Source: Flavobacteriales bacterium
GTDB lineage: Bacteria > Bacteroidota > Bacteroidia > Flavobacteriales > TMED113
Reading direction: 5' to 3'
Length of the DNA: 40,728 nt
Assembly: GCA_002696965.1 (NCBI GenBank)
Contig: NZUB01000049.1
Span: 1 to 40,728, forward strand
Shown: one piece after another, positions 36,192 through 40,728 of the stretch
How the letters are laid out: each line of letters begins with the position of its first letter
Numbering within the stretch: the stretch's first letter is position 1
Position numbers and translations under genes: made by a program
Notes under the pieces: model-generated
What the model was told of the DNA's origin: nothing
The model's input: the letters and a program-made list of their open reading frames with translations, nothing else
Databases searched by the model: none

Positions 36192-36963
36192 TACTAAAAG
36201 AAATATTGATATTTGTTTCACTCCTTCGATGATTGATTTGTTTGACCTAAGACTTAAAAAGGTAGTTGTTATTGATGTTTTTCGAGCAACTTCTGCTATG
36301 TGTGTTTTTTTAAATAATGGGGGAGATCGTGTCTTTTCACTTTCGAAGGTTGAGGATGCTTTGAAAATGAAACATAATTTCAGCACAGAATCTTTTTTGT
36401 TTGCTGCTGAAAGAAATGGAAGTATTGTCTCAGGTTTTGATTTAGGTAACTCACCTTTGTTGTATGATGGTAAAAATTTTGATGGTATTTCCCTGGCTAT
36501 TACTACTACAAATGGAACAAAGGCAATTGAAAAATCTAAAAAAGCAGGTAATGGTATTTTATTAGCTTCATTTTTGAATATTAGTGCTGTAGTTGACCAT
36601 ATCAATAATGTTGATAATAGTGATGTACTTATTGTTTGTTCTGGTTGGAAAGGTAGATTTTGTATTGAAGATGCTTTATTAGCAGGCTTCTTGTCACAGA
36701 AACTATTAGAAAATCAAGAATTTTATTCTAATTCTGATTCGGTTTTAATGTCAAATAATTTATATGATTTATCAAAAAAAAATTTACATAATTTTTTATT
36801 AAAATCGTCTTACAAACAAAGAATGGATTTAGATGAAGATATTAAGTATTGTTTGCAAGTTGATATTATGCGTTGTGTGCCTATTTGGTCACCAATAGAA
36901 TCTGTGCAAGCGGATAATTTATACTCAGGATTTTTCACCAGTAATGAAATTAAAAAAACATGA
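36181..36963 (+). CDS. comB: 2-phosphosulfolactate phosphatase
   Basis: VVVIDVFRATSAM, AAERNG, GFDLGNSP and ITTTNGTKAI are ComB-family blocks. Length 260 aa. It overlaps the gcvT stop by 11 nt and the next gene by 4 nt. Confidence 0.8.
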   Translation: MKNNTKRNIDICFTPSMIDLFDLRLKKVVVIDVFRATSAMCVFLNNGGDRVFSLSKVEDALKMKHNFSTESFLFAAERNGSIVSGFDLGNSPLLYDGKNFDGISLAITTTNGTKAIEKSKKAGNGILLASFLNISAVVDHINNVDNSDVLIVCSGWKGRFCIEDALLAGFLSQKLLENQEFYSNSDSVLMSNNLYDLSKKNLHNFLLKSSYKQRMDLDEDIKYCLQVDIMRCVPIWSPIESVQADNLYSGFFTSNEIKKT

Positions 36964-37541
36964 AATTTGTTTCAAAAGAAGATGTTCACAAATATCCTTT
37001 AATTGATTTTAATGGAACCATCCATTTAATTGACAATCTAAAAGATGTTTCTCAGTGTTTTAAGAAAATTTCAAAAGCCAGTATTATTGGATTTGACACA
37101 GAAACTAAACCCTCTTTTAAGAGGGGAGTTCATTATGATGTTTCTTTGGTTCAGTTGTCAGTTGATAACGATGTTTACTTATTTAGAATTAATAAAATAG
37201 GTTTATTGCAGGAGCTCATAGATGTTTTTAATAACCCTGATTTAGTTAAAGTTGGGATAGATATTAAGAATGATCTTCTGGGCTTGCAAAAGATAAAAAA
37301 ATTTAATCCACTCAATTTTCTTGACCTAAATCAATTAGCGAAAAAAAATAATTTTCAAAGTATTGGTGCTGTTAAATTGACAATTATGTTATTGGGGTAT
37401 AGAATTAGTAAGAAGCAAAGATTGTCAGATTGGAATTTAGATATACTTACAGAGCAACAAAAAAACTATGCTGCGATTGATGCATGGATATGTCCTAAGA
37501 TACTTGATGCGTTTAAACATAAAAATTATTTATTGTCATAA
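36960..37541 (+). CDS. 3'-5' exonuclease domain protein (DEDDy, RNase D/WRN-exonuclease-like)
   Basis: ExoI IGFDTET, ExoII-like VKVGIDIKNDL and ExoIII YAAIDAW. Length 193 aa. Confidence 0.75.
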   Translation: MKFVSKEDVHKYPLIDFNGTIHLIDNLKDVSQCFKKISKASIIGFDTETKPSFKRGVHYDVSLVQLSVDNDVYLFRINKIGLLQELIDVFNNPDLVKVGIDIKNDLLGLQKIKKFNPLNFLDLNQLAKKNNFQSIGAVKLTIMLLGYRISKKQRLSDWNLDILTEQQKNYAAIDAWICPKILDAFKHKNYLLS

Positions 37542-38092
37542 TGCCATGATATTTTTTGGTTTAGTATTCTGACTATTTTTTTTGTGTTTCTTTTTAGAAA
37601 GCCTAGTCCTTTGTAAGTTCTAATAAATTTTGGGTATGGTTTTTTAAGTTGCTGTATTTTAGAGTCATTTAAAACTAATGCATCAAATTTCAATTTACCT
37701 TGAGTTTGTCCAAAATACATAATAATAATCTCTTTTTTTAGTTTTGTTTTTTCTTCATTACTAAGATTATAGTCTTCGTTATTTTTAAAAACATGTTCAA
37801 AATTTTTATTTATAATTTCTTTAGAATAATTACTGTAAAAAAAATATACCGGGCAAAAATCCCAATCTTCTGTGAATGTTTTTATAATTTCTCTGTTTTT
37901 TTTTGTTTGCTTTATTTTTTCTTTATTTGCAAGATGATGGTGGCCTTGTTCTCTATGATAGTTTATAATGTGTTCATTTGTTTGTAATCGTACTATAATT
38001 GCACTTTGTGGTAAATTTTGAATTAAATTTTGTGCTAATACATAATAATTATTTAAAGTAAAAATTAAACAGAAGAGCAGTATTTTTTTCAT
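37526..38092 (-). CDS. Hypothetical secreted protein (188 aa)
   Basis: Signal peptide MKKILLFCLIFTLNNYYVLAQ and a Lys-rich mature part with no recognisable motifs. It fills the gap cleanly and converges on the exonuclease gene with a 16-nt overlap. Confidence 0.45.
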   Translation of the reverse strand: MKKILLFCLIFTLNNYYVLAQNLIQNLPQSAIIVRLQTNEHIINYHREQGHHHLANKEKIKQTKKNREIIKTFTEDWDFCPVYFFYSNYSKEIINKNFEHVFKNNEDYNLSNEEKTKLKKEIIIMYFGQTQGKLKFDALVLNDSKIQQLKKPYPKFIRTYKGLGFLKRNTKKIVRILNQKISWHYDNK

Positions 38093-38134
38093 ATTATAGT
38101 AAATATATTAAATTACCCATTTAAATCACTTAAT

Positions 38135-38554
38135 ATGCCTAGAATCAAATTGCCTATCCCTAAACAAAAACATTTTTCAACTACAATGTTTCTAAGAATT
38201 TATGATATGAATTATGGTGGTCATATGGGTAATGATTCTGTTCTAAGTATAGTCCATGAAGCTAGAGTTCAATTTTTGAATTATTTAGGGGTAAGCGAAA
38301 AAAACTTTTATGGCTCAGGCTTATTAATGGCAGATAGTGCTATAATTTATAAAAAAGAAGCTTTTTATGGTGAGCAATTAAATATTGAAATTACTGTTTC
38401 AGATTTAAACAAATATGGTTTTGATCTTTTTTACTTGATTTGTAATGCAGCAAACAAAGAGATTGCTAGAGTTAAAACAGGTTTGGTTTGTTATAATCAT
38501 AATATGAAAAAACTAGTTAAATTACCAGATGTATTTTATAGTCAATTTTGTTAG
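38135..38554 (+). CDS. Hotdog-fold acyl-CoA thioesterase (4HBT-like)
   Basis: 139 aa. YDMNYGGHMGNDSVLSIVHEARVQFL resembles the YbgC/4HBT N-terminal active-site region. Confidence 0.65.
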   Translation: MPRIKLPIPKQKHFSTTMFLRIYDMNYGGHMGNDSVLSIVHEARVQFLNYLGVSEKNFYGSGLLMADSAIIYKKEAFYGEQLNIEITVSDLNKYGFDLFYLICNAANKEIARVKTGLVCYNHNMKKLVKLPDVFYSQFC

Positions 38555-38659
38555 ATATGCAATATTTGATTTTTTTCTTGTATTGATTTCTTTTTTATTT
38601 TTTTTTAAAGTAACTTTTTGATCATTACAAGTAATATTTTTTAAAATTTAAAGTGTGTT

Positions 38660-40728
38660 TTGAGAGTAATTCTAATTGTAACTTCTTTATTCCTGTTTGT
38701 GTCATTTTCTATACACAAAAATATTTCTTTGGATACATCATCTAAACCTATTTATTATAATTCTGAAACTTTTAATTGGGCAGATAGTGTTTTAAATACA
38801 TTAACCATAGATCAGAAAATTGCTCAGTTATTTATGGTTGCTGCAAATGGAAAAAATTTAGATGAAAATTATTATAAAGAAGTAGATAGTCTAATTATAA
38901 ATTATGATATTGGAGGAGTTATATTTTTTCAATCAGGACCTGAGCAATTAAAATTATTACTATCTAGATATAATCAAATATCTTCAATTGGTCTACTTGC
39001 AGGTATTGATGCAGAGTGGGGGGTTTCCATGAGATTAGATAGTGCGCAAAAATTTCCTTGGATGATGACTTTAGGTGCTATTCAAGATGAGGATTTACTT
39101 TATCAATTTGGAACTCATGTTGCAAAACAGTTCCATGAATTAGGATTGCATATTAATTTTGCTCCTGTTTTAGATATTAATAATAATCCGAATAATCCTA
39201 TTATAGACAGACGGTCTTTTGGAGAAGACAGAAGTTTAGTTGCATCAAAGGGTTTTTTTTACATGCAGGGCTTACAGGATAATAATATTTTAGCTTGTGC
39301 TAAACATTTTCCTGGCCACGGAGATACCGATACAGATTCTCACTTGTCATTGCCTGTTATTAATCATAATCGTGACAGATTAGACAGTATTGAATTGTTC
39401 CCATTTAAGGAACTTATTGACAATAGACTAGGTTCAATTATGGTTGCACATTTAAATTTACCTAAAATAGATACCCTGAACATACCATCTTCATTTTCTA
39501 AGCAAGTTATTAAGGATATTTTAATAGATGATTTAAAATTTCAAGGTTTAGTAATCAGTGATGCTTTGAACATGAATGCACTTGTTGAGTTTATTCATCC
39601 AGGCGAACGTGAATTAAATGCATTTTTGGCGGGTAATGATATTTTACTTTTTCCTACTAATGTACCAGAAGCAATTACTCTAATTAAATCTGAAGTGATT
39701 GAAAATCCTATTTTAGAGCAACAGTTAAATAATAGTTGTCGTAAAGTTCTTATGTGTAAAAGATGGGCATTTTCAGGTAGTAAAACAAGTTGTTCTAATA
39801 AGAGTAATTTACAGTCTAGTTCAGCTAAATTATTAAATAGACAATTGTCTAAACATGCAATTACTATATTAAAAAACAATCAAGCTTTACCTATTGAAGC
39901 TACAGATTCATTAAAAGTTGCATGTTTATTGATGGGGCCTGATGCTGGGGATGTTTTCTATAATAGAATCAATAATTATTTACCTGTTTCAAAATATATA
40001 TATTCATCAAAACTAGACTCTAATATATTATTGAACAAACTAAAAGAGTATGATCTTGTAATTGTTAGTTTACATTATCCAGATAATAATTTTTGGGAAA
40101 AGCATAATTTATCTTTAAATGAAAGTGTTTTTTTAGATAAATTATCTCAACGCAATAATGTGATTTTAAATATTTTTGGGCATCCAAGATTACTAAATAG
40201 TATTAATGTCTCTAATATTCAGGGGGTTGTGTTGTCTTATCAAAATTCTTTAGATTTTCAAGATTTGTCTGCTCAATTATACTTTGGTTCTATTAATGCT
40301 ACGGGTAAACTTCCTATCTCTCTAAATCAATTTTCGGCAGGTGATGGCTTATTTTTGAAGAAATCTAGAGATTTCCAGTTTTCATTCCCCATAGAAGTGG
40401 GATTAAGTGCAGATTCATTGAATAAAATAGATACATTAGTCAATCATGCTATTGAAAAAGAAATTATGCCAGGTTGTCAAATTGTGATTGCCAAAGCAGG
40501 AAAAATTATATATCAAAAATCATTTGGTTATCATACTTATGATTCTATCGTGTTAGTGAGAGATGATCACCTTTATGATATTGCTTCAATAACTAAAATT
40601 GCAGCTACAGCACCGTTACTCATGTATTTACATGATCAAAAGTCTTTTAGTTTAAATAAAAAATTAAAGCATTATTCTAGTGTTTTTAAAAACACAGATA
40701 AAGAAAATTTAAAAATGATTGATATTTT
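38660..40728 (+). CDS. Glycoside hydrolase family 3 (NagZ-like beta-N-acetylglucosaminidase) fused to a serine beta-lactamase/PBP-like domain; 3' end outside window
   Basis: Not in the ORF track because it has no stop in the window. The frame is open from the stop at 38642-44 to the window end. The apparent start is the TTG at 38660 (LRVILIVTSLFLFVSF signal-like); the first in-frame ATG is at 38834. GH3 motifs are GIDAEWG, KHFPGHGDTDTDSH and GLVISDALNM. The later YDIASITKIAAT is the SxxK motif of class C-like beta-lactamases. Confidence 0.85.
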   Translation, partial: MRVILIVTSLFLFVSFSIHKNISLDTSSKPIYYNSETFNWADSVLNTLTIDQKIAQLFMVAANGKNLDENYYKEVDSLIINYDIGGVIFFQSGPEQLKLLLSRYNQISSIGLLAGIDAEWGVSMRLDSAQKFPWMMTLGAIQDEDLLYQFGTHVAKQFHELGLHINFAPVLDINNNPNNPIIDRRSFGEDRSLVASKGFFYMQGLQDNNILACAKHFPGHGDTDTDSHLSLPVINHNRDRLDSIELFPFKELIDNRLGSIMVAHLNLPKIDTLNIPSSFSKQVIKDILIDDLKFQGLVISDALNMNALVEFIHPGERELNAFLAGNDILLFPTNVPEAITLIKSEVIENPILEQQLNNSCRKVLMCKRWAFSGSKTSCSNKSNLQSSSAKLLNRQLSKHAITILKNNQALPIEATDSLKVACLLMGPDAGDVFYNRINNYLPVSKYIYSSKLDSNILLNKLKEYDLVIVSLHYPDNNFWEKHNLSLNESVFLDKLSQRNNVILNIFGHPRLLNSINVSNIQGVVLSYQNSLDFQDLSAQLYFGSINATGKLPISLNQFSAGDGLFLKKSRDFQFSFPIEVGLSADSLNKIDTLVNHAIEKEIMPGCQIVIAKAGKIIYQKSFGYHTYDSIVLVRDDHLYDIASITKIAATAPLLMYLHDQKSFSLNKKLKHYSSVFKNTDKENLKMIDI

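Noticed and set aside
36150-36605. A 151-aa antisense ORF opposite comB, and similarly a 124-aa ORF (25341-25715) opposite comA.
   Set aside because: Both com genes have full-length family motifs on the other strand. The antisense translations look random and have no start context or promoter box. That both com genes carry long antisense ORFs is most likely coincidence, and I would only revisit it with Ribo-seq data.
39595-39879. A 94-aa minus-strand ORF, the only track entry after 38554.
   Set aside because: It is antisense to the open-ended GH3/beta-lactamase CDS, which has strong motifs throughout.
1-40728. Looked across the whole window for defence systems, toxin-antitoxin pairs, integrases or transposases, CRISPR repeats, long direct or inverted repeats, and compositional islands.
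   Set aside because: Nothing of the kind is recognisable by eye. Composition and packing are uniform, and nearly every ORF has a housekeeping assignment. A hidden short repeat could still be missed without a computational self-comparison (dot-plot), which I could not run.

Overview
This window is AT-rich (roughly 30% GC by eye) and extremely gene-dense. By my tally only about 1.8 kb of 40.7 kb is non-protein-coding, and that includes an RNase P RNA gene. It looks like core chromosome of a streamlined Bacteroidota, probably a marine Flavobacteriia-type genome. The taxonomic evidence is:
- TAnnTTTG -7 promoter boxes 17-20 nt upstream of six start codons, and no Shine-Dalgarno sequences
- a DUF2147 protein and a TonB-dependent receptor behind a TPP riboswitch
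- a stand-alone PASTA protein and a BatA-like vWA protein
- a GH3/beta-lactamase fusion protein

I call about 38 protein genes. Most are housekeeping: nadC, rlmH, rdgB, ddl, rluD, mnmE, sucD, fabG, uvrB, aroE, glmM, a cysteine desulfurase, gap, dapF, mltG, trxB and gcvT. I also call one ncRNA (rnpB, + strand, 33631-33992), one TPP riboswitch (- strand, about 14675-14750), one clear intrinsic terminator and several candidate -7 promoter boxes.

I see no tRNA or rRNA genes, CRISPR arrays, transposases, integrases, phage genes or recognisable defence genes, so I cannot honestly point to a defence or mobile island. The best candidates for undescribed biology, all resting on inference, are:
1. An M1 metallopeptidase fused to an Omp85-like C-terminal beta-barrel.
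2. A comA (phosphosulfolactate synthase)-rhodanese-DUF368 string, with comB 10.5 kb away, which suggests an organosulfonate (sulfolactate/cysteate/sulfonolipid) route.
3. A heptahaem cytochrome c-TPR lipoprotein translationally coupled between dapF and mltG.
4. An orphan ~520-aa methyltransferase with tandem winged-helix-like N-terminal modules.

Several ORF-track starts appear too far upstream (ddl, fabG, dapF, gcvT, the methyltransferase). One large open-ended gene (38660 to the window end) and one 49-aa sORF are missing from the track.
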